A DNA stretch of 64,000 bases from Spirochaetota bacterium (GTDB lineage: Bacteria > Spirochaetota > UBA4802 > UBA5550), in contig CAXXHB010000003.1 in assembly GCA_963664815.2 (NCBI GenBank), positions 3,104,001 to 3,168,000 on the forward strand. The letters run 5' to 3'. Both the position numbers and the translations under genes were made by a program. The notes below the pieces were generated by a model. The model searched no databases, was not told the origin of the DNA, and worked only from the letters and a program-made list of their open reading frames with translations. Numbering within the stretch: the stretch's first letter is position 1; every line of letters starts with the position of its first letter. This document shows positions 50,680 to 61,500 of the stretch, piece by piece.

Positions 50680-51437
50680 AATTCAGCCATTCCTTTATCA
50701 ATTTTTTTAAGTATATGTTCCGCCGCCGTCATTTCAGCTTTTCTTTTACTGCTCCCAGTTCCTCTGGAAACTTCAACTCCATTTATTATAAGCCGTACTA
50801 TGAATTCCTTCTTATGATCCGGGCCCTTCTCCTCCACAACTTCGTACACAGGTCTCTCTTTATATTTTTTCTGCACATATTCCTGAAGAGTTGTTTTAGG
50901 ATCTCTTAAATATGTCATTCTGTCAATTCTTTCAATATCTTTTTTAAGTAATGATAATATGAAATTTCTGCACTCCTTTAAACCCTGATCCAGATAAACA
51001 GCTCCAATAAGAGCTTCAAATGAATTCGCAAGAATTGAAGAGCGATCTCTCCCGCCGCTTAATTCCTCCCCTTTCCCCATTAATAAAAAATTTCCAAGCT
51101 TGATATCGCGCGCTACTTTTGCAAGTGTAGGTTCGGAAACAACTGCGGATTTTATCTTTGCAAGATCCCCTTCAGGATATTCCTCAAAACGTTTAAACAG
51201 GTATTCATTTACAATCAGGCCAAGAACAGAATCACCAAGATACTCCAGTCTTTCATTATCTTTTATCTTTCCAGTCGAGAATTCATTAACATACGACCTG
51301 TGAATGAGAGCTCTGTTTAAAAGATTTTTATCTTTAAATTTTACATTTATCAGATTTTGAACTATGCTAAGCTGCTTGAAACGTACCCTTTGACTGTCCG
51401 ATTCTGTTTTTTCCTGTTTCTTTTTATTGATATTCAT
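50676..51437 (-). CDS. rnc: Ribonuclease III
   Basis: NERLEYLGDSVLG, FEALIGAVYLDQG, dsRBD DPKTTLQE. Confidence 0.97.
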   Translation of the reverse strand: MNINKKKQEKTESDSQRVRFKQLSIVQNLINVKFKDKNLLNRALIHRSYVNEFSTGKIKDNERLEYLGDSVLGLIVNEYLFKRFEEYPEGDLAKIKSAVVSEPTLAKVARDIKLGNFLLMGKGEELSGGRDRSSILANSFEALIGAVYLDQGLKECRNFILSLLKKDIERIDRMTYLRDPKTTLQEYVQKKYKERPVYEVVEEKGPDHKKEFIVRLIINGVEVSRGTGSSKRKAEMTAAEHILKKIDKGMAEF

Positions 51438-51446
51438 ATAATAAAA

Positions 51447-51743
51447 TTATTTTACAATTCTGCTCTCAACATATGTATAAATATCCTTAAGGCTGAAAAG
51501 TTTTTCAGCATCCTCTTCAGATATTTCAATGTCAAATTCCACTTCAAAAGCTATTACAAGTTCAACAGTATCTATTGAGTCAGCTCCCAAATCTTTAAAA
51601 AGTGTCGCCTCATCAGTAAGCATATCCTCTTCAACTTCAAGTTGATTGGCAATTATGCGTTTTACCCTAGTTCTAATATCATTCATAAGTTTTAAATCCG
51701 GAAATAATATTTTTTTCTGATTAAAAGCTTTAATATACATCAT
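51447..51743 (-). CDS. acpP: Acyl carrier protein (start at 51743/51740 or 51686)
   Basis: DLGADSIDTVELVIAFEVEFDIEI; located between rpmF and rnc. Confidence 0.92.
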   Translation of the reverse strand: MMYIKAFNQKKILFPDLKLMNDIRTRVKRIIANQLEVEEDMLTDEATLFKDLGADSIDTVELVIAFEVEFDIEISEEDAEKLFSLKDIYTYVESRIVK

Positions 51744-51841
51744 CCTCCTGAGTATTAATTAAGGTGGATAGATGTATTCATTTCAATTATAAGATTATCA
51801 GTTCATTTATACTAAAAAAAACATACCTGTCAAGACTTAAT

Positions 51842-51876
51842 AAAAAAAGGGTTACCATCTGGAACCCTTTTTTTTT
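51842..51876. terminator. Intrinsic terminator after rpmF (bidirectional-looking)
   Basis: AAAAAAAGGGTT-ACCATCTGG-AACCCTTTTTTT. Confidence 0.75.
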
Positions 51877-51895
51877 AAAACTGATTTCAAAAAAA

Positions 51896-52087
51896 TCAAT
51901 CACTTATTTTTACTTTTTTTTCAACAACAAGTACATCTTTATAATATCCACACTCAGAACAAACTCTGTGTGGCATTACATACGCACGGCATTTCGGACA
52001 GGGTCTTAAATTTGGAACTCCTATCGCTTCATGAGCTCTTCTCATTCTCGATTTCGACTTTGATTTTCTTCGCTTTGGAACTGGCAC
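51896..52087 (-). CDS. rpmF: 50S ribosomal protein L32 (zinc-binding form)
   Basis: [18 protein letters not shown]...CPKC...[11 protein letters not shown]. Confidence 0.97.
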   Translation of the reverse strand: MPVPKRRKSKSKSRMRRAHEAIGVPNLRPCPKCRAYVMPHRVCSECGYYKDVLVVEKKVKISD

Positions 52088-52235
52088 TTTAGTACTCCAT
52101 ATATTCTCAAATTTTAAACCCAGAATTTAACTTTAAATAAAGGGATATTTTATTCTAACAACTTTAGAATTCAGTATTATAAACTTAAATAAAACTATCG
52201 ACATTCATGTCAAGATATATTTCAAGCTAAAATAA

Positions 52236-52928
52236 TTATTTCACTACGGACAACAAAAGAAGCCTCTCTTTTGATCGTTCAGTATAAACAGAATCAGGAT
52301 ATTTTGAAATAACATTATTAAAATATTCCCTTGATTTAATCTGGTTGTTCTTCAAATAATAAAATCTTGCAAGATTATAATATATCTGATCAATGACAAT
52401 ATTTTCAGAATTTTCTTCCTCAAACTTACTTAAGAGTGTAATGGCCTCATCAATTTTACCCTGTTCTTCAAGGCATATTGCAGCTTTGTTTACAGCTATT
52501 GGAATGAAAACTTCATTATCTGATGATTTTTTAATAAATAACTCAAACATACTGTATGCTTCACTATACTTTTTTTCTGAATAATAAATATTCCCGAGGA
52601 AATAATGGCTCATTTCATGCGCAAATCCGAATTTTGTATCAGAAATCAGTTTAAGTAATTCAGAAACGGTCTTCTCTTTTGTCTCATTATTTGTTGGATC
52701 TGACTTATAATTATCAATAATTTGTTCAAACCGTATCATTTCTTTTTCAGAAGATCCCGTAAACACTATATGAGCAGCTAATAAAGCGGAAATTAACAAT
52801 AGTAGCAACAAAGACACCGTTACAACTTTCTTTCTGTTATTTTTTGTAAAATCCTTAACAGACATAAGAAATTTTTCTATAGGATTTCTTTCAATTTTAA
52901 TAACACTTTTTTTCTTAATATTAGCCAT
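52236..52928 (-). CDS. Membrane-anchored TPR protein (YfgM-like)
   Basis: One N-terminal TM followed by TPR helices. Confidence 0.75.
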   Translation of the reverse strand: MANIKKKSVIKIERNPIEKFLMSVKDFTKNNRKKVVTVSLLLLLLISALLAAHIVFTGSSEKEMIRFEQIIDNYKSDPTNNETKEKTVSELLKLISDTKFGFAHEMSHYFLGNIYYSEKKYSEAYSMFELFIKKSSDNEVFIPIAVNKAAICLEEQGKIDEAITLLSKFEEENSENIVIDQIYYNLARFYYLKNNQIKSREYFNNVISKYPDSVYTERSKERLLLLSVVK

Positions 52929-52930
52929 TA

Positions 52931-54604
52931 TTATTTTTTATCTCCAAGCTCAATGTTAATCATATCTCCCAACGTTACCCTGTTTGGGCTTGTCTGCTTC
53001 AATATCTTGGACACTTCCTCTTTTTCAGACATTATCTCATAATGCTTTATGCTGAGAGACAGTCTTTTTTTCTCAATATCTACATCAAGGACTACGGCCT
53101 CAACCGGATCACCCACCTTAAAATATTCATCAAGATTCTCTATTCTGTTTCTTGACACTTCAGATATATGAACTAATCCCTCCACATCGTCTTCAAGTTT
53201 TACAAAAATACCGAAAGCTGTTATACCTGAAATTTTCCCGCGAACCTTCGTTCTTGGGGGATATTTTTCCTTAACAGCCTCCCAAGGAGATTTCATCAGT
53301 TGTTTCATTCCGCAGGAAATTTTCATTTCCCTTTTATTGATATCAAGGATTTTTATTTCAACCTCCTGACCATTTTTAAAGTTTCTGGTAAGATCTTTTA
53401 CATTATCATCCCATGAAATATCAGAGATATGAACCAATCCATCAATACCATCTTCAAGTTCAACAAATAGTCCGAATTTGACAATTTTCTTGATTTTTTT
53501 CCTGTTAACTGCACCCACAGGGAATCTTTCATCAATAGTATCCCATGGATTAGGCATTAACTGTTTATAACCGAGATTTATCTTCTTATCTTCATGATTT
53601 ATATCAAGTATTCTGAAATCAGCTTCAGCGCCTTTTTCAAAATAATCTTTCACATTCGCATTATTCTTTATCCATGAAAGTTCTGAGTTACTGAGAAAAC
53701 CTTCAACATCTTCATCGATCTGTATAAAAGCTCCTACAGATGTAATTGTAACAACTTTCCCTTTTATTTTATCCCCGACATTGTATTTCTGAGCAATATC
53801 AAGCCATGGATCATTTTTAAGTTGTTTCAATCCCAGTGAGATTTTTCTGTCTTCTTTATTAATATTGAGAATGATAAAATCTCTGACCTCGCCCTGCCTT
53901 AAAAGTTTTCTCTGTTTAAAAACTTTCTTCCATGACATATCATTTCTATGCAGGAGAGCATCCAGTCCGCCAACTCTTATAAAAGCTCCGAACTCAACAA
54001 ATTTTAACACTTCACCCTGAACTATATCACCCTCTTTGTAATTTTGAATAAAATCATTCCAGTTCTTTTTATTCTGATCATCAAGGAAATCTTTTCTGGA
54101 AACTATTACTGATTTTTTTGAAAAATCAACCGTCTTAATTGTGAAAGTATATTCATCATCCGATTGTGAAATACCTTTCAAGTCTGCTGTCAGAGAATAA
54201 GGAAGAAACGTATTAACTCCCGAGCAGTTAACAATTTTACCTTTTGGACTAGCAGAGATAATTTTTCCTCTGATTTCACGTTTTCCGTCGTTATAAGATT
54301 GAATAAAATCCTTCCATCCCTTTTCCATCTCGGCTGCTTTTCTGGAAAAATGGTAAACGCCATCAACAAGTTTTTTATTCATGAGTTTAACATTAAAAAC
54401 CTCCCCCACTTTAGGGATGGTTTCAAACTCCTCAAGGGCAACCCGTCCATCTGATTTTGTTCCGACATTAACATAAGCAAATCCGGAATCAACTGTTACA
54501 ACTTCTCCTCTAACTATCATACCGGCTTCAAGCTCGTCAAGAGCGGAATCCGCAACCGATTCCATATCGATAGCATCGAAGTTATCATCTGTAATTGGGG
54601 TCAT
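52931..54604 (-). CDS. rpsA: 30S ribosomal protein S1
   Basis: Repeated S1 domains (FGAFI, DGLVHISDISW, EGLVHISEVS); follows cmk. Confidence 0.95.
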   Translation of the reverse strand: MTPITDDNFDAIDMESVADSALDELEAGMIVRGEVVTVDSGFAYVNVGTKSDGRVALEEFETIPKVGEVFNVKLMNKKLVDGVYHFSRKAAEMEKGWKDFIQSYNDGKREIRGKIISASPKGKIVNCSGVNTFLPYSLTADLKGISQSDDEYTFTIKTVDFSKKSVIVSRKDFLDDQNKKNWNDFIQNYKEGDIVQGEVLKFVEFGAFIRVGGLDALLHRNDMSWKKVFKQRKLLRQGEVRDFIILNINKEDRKISLGLKQLKNDPWLDIAQKYNVGDKIKGKVVTITSVGAFIQIDEDVEGFLSNSELSWIKNNANVKDYFEKGAEADFRILDINHEDKKINLGYKQLMPNPWDTIDERFPVGAVNRKKIKKIVKFGLFVELEDGIDGLVHISDISWDDNVKDLTRNFKNGQEVEIKILDINKREMKISCGMKQLMKSPWEAVKEKYPPRTKVRGKISGITAFGIFVKLEDDVEGLVHISEVSRNRIENLDEYFKVGDPVEAVVLDVDIEKKRLSLSIKHYEIMSEKEEVSKILKQTSPNRVTLGDMINIELGDKK

Positions 54605-54630
54605 ACTTGCACCTTACTTTTATATCATAT

Positions 54631-55326
54631 TCATTTAATTGACTTTATCAATTCTTTAAGCTTCACAATTACATCATCAAATGGCATATTTGAAGTATCT
54701 AAATAAACTGAATCCTCTGCCTTTTTTAAAGGTCCGAATTCCCTGCTTTCATCTTTAGAATCCCGCTGTATAATCTGATTTCTGATAGAATTTTCGTCAA
54801 CATTTTTTCCCATATCAATATATTCTTTAACCCTTCTTGCAGTTCTTACATCAACTGAAGCATCAAGATATATCTTCAAATCTGCATCCGGAAAAACAAC
54901 TGTACCGATATCCCTTCCATCCATTATTATTGAATTTTCACCCGCCCATTTCCTCAACAATGAACTCACATAATCCCTTACTTCTCTATTATCTGAAAAA
55001 ATACTTATATTCCCTGCAACTTTCTCCTCTCTTATTAACATGGAAATATCTTTTCCGTTTAATAAAGTCTTCACCTTACTGTTTGATTCAAAAACCTGTT
55101 CTATTACTACATTTTTCAATTCATTAACAGGATCAATTACCGACAGATTTTCACCATACTTATCCATAAAAAACCATGTTATAGCCCTGTAAATAGCTCC
55201 AGAATCGATATACTGTACTCCGGATTCAAGCGCTGTTTTCCGGCAGACACTGCTTTTTCCGGAACCGGCAGGCCCATCCACGGCTACTATTACTTTTCTG
55301 TTATTGTTCACTTTATTCACTATCAA
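54631..55326 (-). CDS. cmk: Cytidylate kinase (start probably a few codons downstream)
   Basis: VDGPAGSGKSS, DSGAIYRA, MDGRDIGTVVFPDA. Confidence 0.96.
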   Translation of the reverse strand: MIVNKVNNNRKVIVAVDGPAGSGKSSVCRKTALESGVQYIDSGAIYRAITWFFMDKYGENLSVIDPVNELKNVVIEQVFESNSKVKTLLNGKDISMLIREEKVAGNISIFSDNREVRDYVSSLLRKWAGENSIIMDGRDIGTVVFPDADLKIYLDASVDVRTARRVKEYIDMGKNVDENSIRNQIIQRDSKDESREFGPLKKAEDSVYLDTSNMPFDDVIVKLKELIKSIK

Positions 55327-55969
55327 TTGAAAATTCTTTTATTTCCGATAGCTTCGGAAGATCTGAAAGTTTATTAAGGCCGAAATATCGTAAAAATTCA
55401 TCAGTAGTACCATATGCAAGAGGTCTTCCCGGAAGATCTTTTCTTCCGACAGGCTTTACAAGATTGCGCTTCATAAGATTCGCAACCATCATTCTTGAAG
55501 AAGCGCCGCGTAATTCATCGACATCAGCTAGCACCAGAGGTTGTTTATAGGCGATTATCGCAAGGGTTTCGAGCATTCCCCTGGAAAGACTCTCTCTTCT
55601 TCTGAGACCAAGAGCATGCCTCAACTGCTCGGCAAACCTGGCATTAGTCACAAACTGATAACCATTGGAAAGTTCGGCAAGTCTTATCCCGCCATCTCTT
55701 TCTTCATACTCATCAACAAGCGAATCGATGATTATTTTAGCCTGAGTAGGATCTATCATAAAGTTTTTTACAAAAAAACTGATAGGTACAGGCTCATTGC
55801 TGAGGAAAAAAACCGCTTCAAAAAGACTTTTAAGATCATGTTCCCTGTCGATCTCATCTTCAACAATTTCATCTACATCATTTTCAGGTATTACTTCATT
55901 GTTGATCTGGCTGTTATTTTCTGATTCACCCATAATTAATCCGTTAGATTTATAATTATAGCTCTGCAC
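55313..55969 (-). CDS. scpB: SMC-Scp complex subunit ScpB (start possibly ATG 55933)
   Basis: LETLAIIAYKQP, GRPLAYGTTDEFLRYFGL. Confidence 0.95.
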   Translation of the reverse strand: MQSYNYKSNGLIMGESENNSQINNEVIPENDVDEIVEDEIDREHDLKSLFEAVFFLSNEPVPISFFVKNFMIDPTQAKIIIDSLVDEYEERDGGIRLAELSNGYQFVTNARFAEQLRHALGLRRRESLSRGMLETLAIIAYKQPLVLADVDELRGASSRMMVANLMKRNLVKPVGRKDLPGRPLAYGTTDEFLRYFGLNKLSDLPKLSEIKEFSIDSE

Positions 55970-56135
55970 TGAAAGACTGGTAATTTAATATGTTATTCAA
56001 TAGCCCCGAAGCCTGTTTTAATGATTTTAATATGTTTTTAATTAAAAAACATGAATACTGACACTGTTGAAGTTCATAATAGTATTGTATTAATCAATTT
56101 CAAACCGCATAATGAAATTATATACCAGTTATTAA

Positions 56136-56906
56136 TCAGCTATCAAGCCTTTCAAGAGAAAAATTACGAAGTATTCTTATATCTCCGAAAACTCTATGCT
56201 GCTGAACTTTTATCATACAGGTTTTTGACATTTCAAGAATTGCCAGAAATGAAGCTATAATTTCTGCTTTTGAAGGTTTTTTTGAAAAAATTTCATTAAA
56301 AATTATTGATTCATTTTCTTTTAATAATTCAGTAATAAACTCAATTCTGTCACTGACAAGTATTTCGTCAAATATTATTTCCTGTACATCTACAGCCGCT
56401 GTAGAGTTTAACACACTTGAGAAAGCTTTTAAAAGCTCATACAATGATACCTCAAGATATAGTTCCTCTTCACCAAGATCTTCACTTATATTATTTCTGA
56501 TAAATACATTATTCTGAACTTCATACATCTGTTTTAATTCATCAGAAACCTGTTGATATTTTTTATATTCAAGCAGTTTCTGGATAAGCTCAGGGGGAAG
56601 CGGCTGGGTAAAGTATTCATCTTCAACTTCACCTGTCGGCAACAGTACTCTGCTTTTATAATAAATAAGCTCTGAAGCCATGAGAATAAAATCAGAAGCA
56701 ACTTTTACATCCATTTCTTCCATCATTTTAAGAAAAGCGATATACTGTTCTGTAATTTGAGATATTGATATTTCAGTAATATCAATTTTTGATTTTTTTA
56801 TCAATTCCCATAAAACATCAAGAGGGCCGCTATATTTTTCAATGTTAACTATATAAGAGTTCTCCTTTTCGGATACATCAGGATTTATTATTTCATTCTC
56901 TGTCAT
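56136..56906 (-). CDS. scpA: Segregation and condensation protein ScpA
   Basis: YSGPLDVLWELI, ITEQYI, KSRVLLP, LLEYKKY, FLAILEM. Confidence 0.94.
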   Translation of the reverse strand: MTENEIINPDVSEKENSYIVNIEKYSGPLDVLWELIKKSKIDITEISISQITEQYIAFLKMMEEMDVKVASDFILMASELIYYKSRVLLPTGEVEDEYFTQPLPPELIQKLLEYKKYQQVSDELKQMYEVQNNVFIRNNISEDLGEEELYLEVSLYELLKAFSSVLNSTAAVDVQEIIFDEILVSDRIEFITELLKENESIIFNEIFSKKPSKAEIIASFLAILEMSKTCMIKVQQHRVFGDIRILRNFSLERLDS

Positions 56907-56941
56907 GATATTTTCTTGTTTTTTGTTAATTTGATAAAAAT

Positions 56942-56965
56942 AGCCCCTTAATAAATTAAGGGGTT
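56942..56965 (-). terminator. Intrinsic terminator after cheY
   Basis: CCCCTTAAT-AA-ATTAAGGGG stem with a U-rich tail on the minus strand. Confidence 0.65.
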
Positions 56966-57008
56966 TGAGGGTTCTCTAATGTAAGAGAAAAACAATTACT
57001 AAACGATA

Positions 57009-57371
57009 TTAAGATAAAGCCTTTTCTGCTGCTTTCTGGAGCCTTTCCGGTGGAAATGGTTTTACAACAAAATCTTTTACTCCCAGTTTAATCGCTTTAG
57101 TAAGAAGACTTTCCTGCCCAAGAGCAGTCACCATAATTATTCTCGCAGAAGAATCTGAAGAAAGAATCTCCCCTGCCGCTTCTATACCATCTTTCTCTCT
57201 CATGGTTATATCCATCGTCACGAGATCGGGCTTGAGTTTCTTATATAATTCAACTGCCTCATTTCCGTTTTCAGCTTCACCGACTATTTCATGTCCCGCA
57301 GGAACGAGAGCGTCTTTCACAAGGGTTCTCATAAATTTTGCATCATCTACAATCAAAACTCTTGCCATCAC
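57009..57371 (-). CDS. cheY: Chemotaxis response regulator CheY
   Basis: LIVDDAKFMR, VTMDITM, FVVKPF; at the end of the che operon. Confidence 0.93.
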   Translation of the reverse strand: MMARVLIVDDAKFMRTLVKDALVPAGHEIVGEAENGNEAVELYKKLKPDLVTMDITMREKDGIEAAGEILSSDSSARIIMVTALGQESLLTKAIKLGVKDFVVKPFPPERLQKAAEKALS

Positions 57372-57394
57372 AATACTCCATTCTATTTTATTTA

Positions 57395-57423
57395 AGTATA
57401 GATATTAATAATTATTATGTCAA
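57395..57423 (-). promoter_or_regulatory. Internal sigma70 promoter for cheY
   Basis: TTGACA-N17-TATACT. Confidence 0.65.
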
Positions 57424-57497
57424 TCTATTATAATAAAAAAATTCAATTCATAAAAACAAACATTATTTTCGCCTTTCAGGAAATCAATTACAAATTT

Positions 57498-58550
57498 TTA
57501 AATATTTTTAACAATTTTGTCCGTAATCTCTGACAGAGTAACAATTTCATTAACTGCACCTATTTCAACAGCCACCCTGTTCATTCCGTAAACAACTGAA
57601 GTTTCCTCATTCTGCGCTATTGTGTGCCCGCCCTTTTCCTTTATTTTCAGCAGACCCTCTGATCCATCCTTACCCATGCCGGTCATAATAACACCAACTG
57701 ACCTGTTCCCGGCATTTTCAGCAACCGATTTAAATAAAACATCAATTGAAGGCATATGACCAGAAACCTTTTCCCCCTTGAAAACCTTTAACTTATAATT
57801 ATCACCCTTTTTCACAACGCTCATATGAGAATGACCCGGGGCAACATATCCATGACCTGGCAGAACATCATCCCCATCTTCCGCTTCCTTGACTTCAAGA
57901 TTTGAACTGTCATTAAGCCTTTTTGAAAATGCAGTTGTGAATCCCTCAGGCATATGCTGTACAACCAGAACAGGGGAGGGGAATTTTTCAGGAAATTTTT
58001 TAAAAACATTTATTAAAGCTGAAGGTCCACCTGTTGATGTACCGATAGCCACTATTTTATCAGATACTGTTTTAAGCAGAGTCCTGGTATCTGATCCGGA
58101 AGCAGGAGATTTAACTTTTTCTTCTTCAATCCTGTTTATATTAAGCTTTGATCTGGATACAGATTTTACCTTTCTTACCAGTAATTCTCCAATCTCCTCA
58201 ACCGACATAGACATAAGAGTGGAAGGTTTTGGAATAAAATCAACAGCTCCCAGTTCAAGTGCTTTGAAAGTCGCCTCCGCGCCATGCTGAGTCAGCACGC
58301 TCATCATAATAACAGGTTTCGGCTTTGTTGACATTATCTGTTTAAGTGTTGCCAGTCCATCAAGTATAGGCATCTCAATGTCCATGGTTATTACATCAGG
58401 ATCCAGTTCCTGATTCTTAAAAAGCGCCGTTTTTCCGTTATTGGCAGTCCCGATAACTTTTATTTCAGGATCCTTTTCAAGAATATCAGTTACAATTTTC
58501 CTGACCAGCGAGGAATCGTCCACAACCAGAACCTTAATCTGCTCTGACAT
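57498..58550 (-). CDS. cheB: Chemotaxis methylesterase CheB (REC plus esterase)
   Basis: VVDDS...TMDIEMP; GTSTGGP, QHMP, MTGMGKDG. Confidence 0.96.
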   Translation of the reverse strand: MSEQIKVLVVDDSSLVRKIVTDILEKDPEIKVIGTANNGKTALFKNQELDPDVITMDIEMPILDGLATLKQIMSTKPKPVIMMSVLTQHGAEATFKALELGAVDFIPKPSTLMSMSVEEIGELLVRKVKSVSRSKLNINRIEEEKVKSPASGSDTRTLLKTVSDKIVAIGTSTGGPSALINVFKKFPEKFPSPVLVVQHMPEGFTTAFSKRLNDSSNLEVKEAEDGDDVLPGHGYVAPGHSHMSVVKKGDNYKLKVFKGEKVSGHMPSIDVLFKSVAENAGNRSVGVIMTGMGKDGSEGLLKIKEKGGHTIAQNEETSVVYGMNRVAVEIGAVNEIVTLSEITDKIVKNI

Positions 58551-61500
58551 TGCTTTTAAATCCTTTTACAAGTACTTTCAAAGAATGAGTTTCCGGAAGA
58601 AGCATCAGATTGCCCATAACCTGATCATTTTCAAAATAAAATGCCGTTTCCATTACTATTGCGTAATCGTGTTCAATATTATGCATGATGAGTACTGTAT
58701 CCATAACAGACTGCAGATAGTCATGCACAAAAACCGGAACATTAGGCTTGACCACCATATTTGATTTTTCAGCATATATGTTCAGTATAGAAGCACCTAT
58801 AATATTAGTTAACTCTTTCAATGCAGATACTCCATCCTCACTCAGTTCTTTTACCCCGCTTGAATCAGTTCCATAAAGCATATCAATAAGCTCAAATCCG
58901 ATCTTTTCCTCAAGCAAGAGCAGCAATGTACCATTTATTTCACCTTCAATTCCAAGCATAACACCCATATATGGTTCATTCAGATTGCCGAAAAAGTCCG
59001 GAATTTTTTCAACCGGCGTCAATTTAACTTCGGGGATAGAAAGATCTATTCTTTTGTTCAGTATTTTTGAGATAGACTCAGCTGCATTTGCCGCCCCCAT
59101 GTTGGACAGCAGATTGAATTCGTTCAATTCGTCTTTGCTTATATCCAGCTCGGCAGTTATGTGTGAATCAGGTATTCCGGAGCGTACAACATCACTTATA
59201 TTCTGTTTAAGTTCATCTCTGAATTCCGACAGAGCATCCTTTACCTTCGATTCCACATCATTATTATCTGCTGATGGTACTTCAACCTGTTTAATCTGAT
59301 CTTCATTTTTCTTTATTTCAGTTCCGTCAGATACAGGAACGGAAGAGATACTATCAGATACAACTGCTTTCACAGCGTCCTCTTTTATTACTACTGCCTC
59401 TGTCTCAGCAGCTTCTGTTTTTTCAGTTTCATTAACCTTTTTTGATTCGCCCTCACTTATCTCATCATCAAAGAGAAAAACATCAGATATATAATTGGGG
59501 CTCCCCTCCATTTCCGATGTCCCTCCAACACCTCTGTTCTTGCCGGGTGTTCCTATATCTGAAAAAACAACTTTATCCTCTTCTTCAAAAAAACCTGATG
59601 TTTTTGTTTCAGGCTCCACTTCTTCCTCGTCCAGGTCATCCGAATCAATCATGCGTGACTTCATGATATTAAGCCGCTCTTCCTGTGTAAGCTTATCCTG
59701 TCTGGAAATAACCTTATTTATCATTGTCTGAATATCAAGAATAAGACAGATACTTCCATCTCCAAGTATCGAAGCTCCTGCAAGACCCTCAACATTAGTG
59801 TAATTATGTTCAAGGGATTTAATTACAATCTCCATTTTCCCTTCAAGGAAATCAACGATAAGACCTATTTTTCTGTTACCGTAACCGACTACAACAACCG
59901 GTATTTTCTGGCTTCCGGACAACGCACTTCTCAACCCGACAAATTCATTCAGCCTCAGCAGTGAAAGTATTTCACCTCTGAGATTTATCACTTCATGTCC
60001 TTCAATTGTTGCAATATCTGATTGTGAAATTTTAATAGTTTCAATTACATCCGACAGCGGAATGGCATATACCTCTTTTCTGACCTTTACCATTATGGCG
60101 GGAATAATAGCCAGGGTAAGAGGAAAAGTCAGAACAAATCTGGTTCCCATACTTCTCTCTGTTTCAATACTCACATTGCCATTAAGCTCATTCACTGTCT
60201 CCTTGACAACATTCATCCCTACACCACGACCGGATATATCAGTAATTTTTTTAGCCGTTGAAAAACCGGGTATAAAAATATAATTATAAATATCAGCATC
60301 ATCCATATTGGCAAGTATTTCAGCTGTAGATATTTTTTTCTCAATCACCTTTTCTTTAATAGCCTCTAAATCAAGTCCTCTCCCGTCGTCACTGATCTCG
60401 ACAAAAATCTGGTTCCCCCCCTGGTAAGCATTAAGTGTTATAGTGGCCATTTCAGATTTACCGAGTTTAGCCCTCTCTTCAGGAGATTCAATACCATGAT
60501 CAACGGCATTCCTTATCAAATGAAGGAGAGGCTCACCTATTACATCTATAACCTTTTTATCAAGTTCGGTTTCCTCCCCCTTGATTATCAGCTCAAGATT
60601 TTTATTGTGTTCCTTGGCAAGATCACGAACAAGTCTGTTGAACCTTGAGAACACCTGCCCTACAGGAACCATTCTTGTTTTCATGATCCCGGTCTGAAGA
60701 TCTTTAGCAATCCTTGACATCTGCTCCATACGGTTTTTAAATTCACTGGAAATTGCCTTATTTCCGGCATATTTCCGGATCTCCTCATAAAGCCTGTAGA
60801 ATCCGGAGTTAGCAATAACAAGCTCACCGACATTATTAAGGAGAAGATCAAGCTTATCGACTGAAACTTTAACAGTCTTGAGCATTGGTGTCTTTCTCCT
60901 TTCCTGATCTACATGTTTTTCGCCTTTTCTTCTTTCAAATATATCTTCATCCGGTTCATCTGTATCAGATGTGAATTCTGATAAAAAATCACTGGTATAG
61001 GTTTTATCCTCAGTTTTTGCGTCTACGCTGCTTATGATTTTTTCATCTCTGGTTTCTGCTGTTTCATTTATCTGTTTATTGGTTTGAAGGGTTGACCCGA
61101 TTTTAAGTAAAAGTTTATCATCTTTCTTCACTGCGGTTATGCTTCTGATATCAATTTTTTCTATCTGATCAATATCGCAGCCCCTGTATATATGCTGCAG
61201 ATTTCCGGAGGTCAGCAGTATAATCTTTATTGTGGAAATTGTTTCATCACTGCTCATATCATCCAGCGATGGTATTGTTTTTACAATATGTCCATCTTTC
61301 TCAAGATTAGCAACAATAAGCTGCCCCTTTACCCACTTCATCTGTGCAGATTCTTCAATTACAATCGTTATTTCATAACAATCAAAACCGTCAGATAACG
61401 CTTTTTTAATCTCATTATTTTCAGAAGATGAAAAGGCAGTTTTTATAGAGGTAACAACACCGGTTTTGCCACCTTGCTCTTTTTTGCCGGCTGATGCAGC

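Noticed and set aside
51687-51743. N-terminal extension of ACP
   Set aside because: The AGGAGG is unusually close to the upstream ATGs and a normal-length start exists at 51686; this cannot be resolved from sequence alone.
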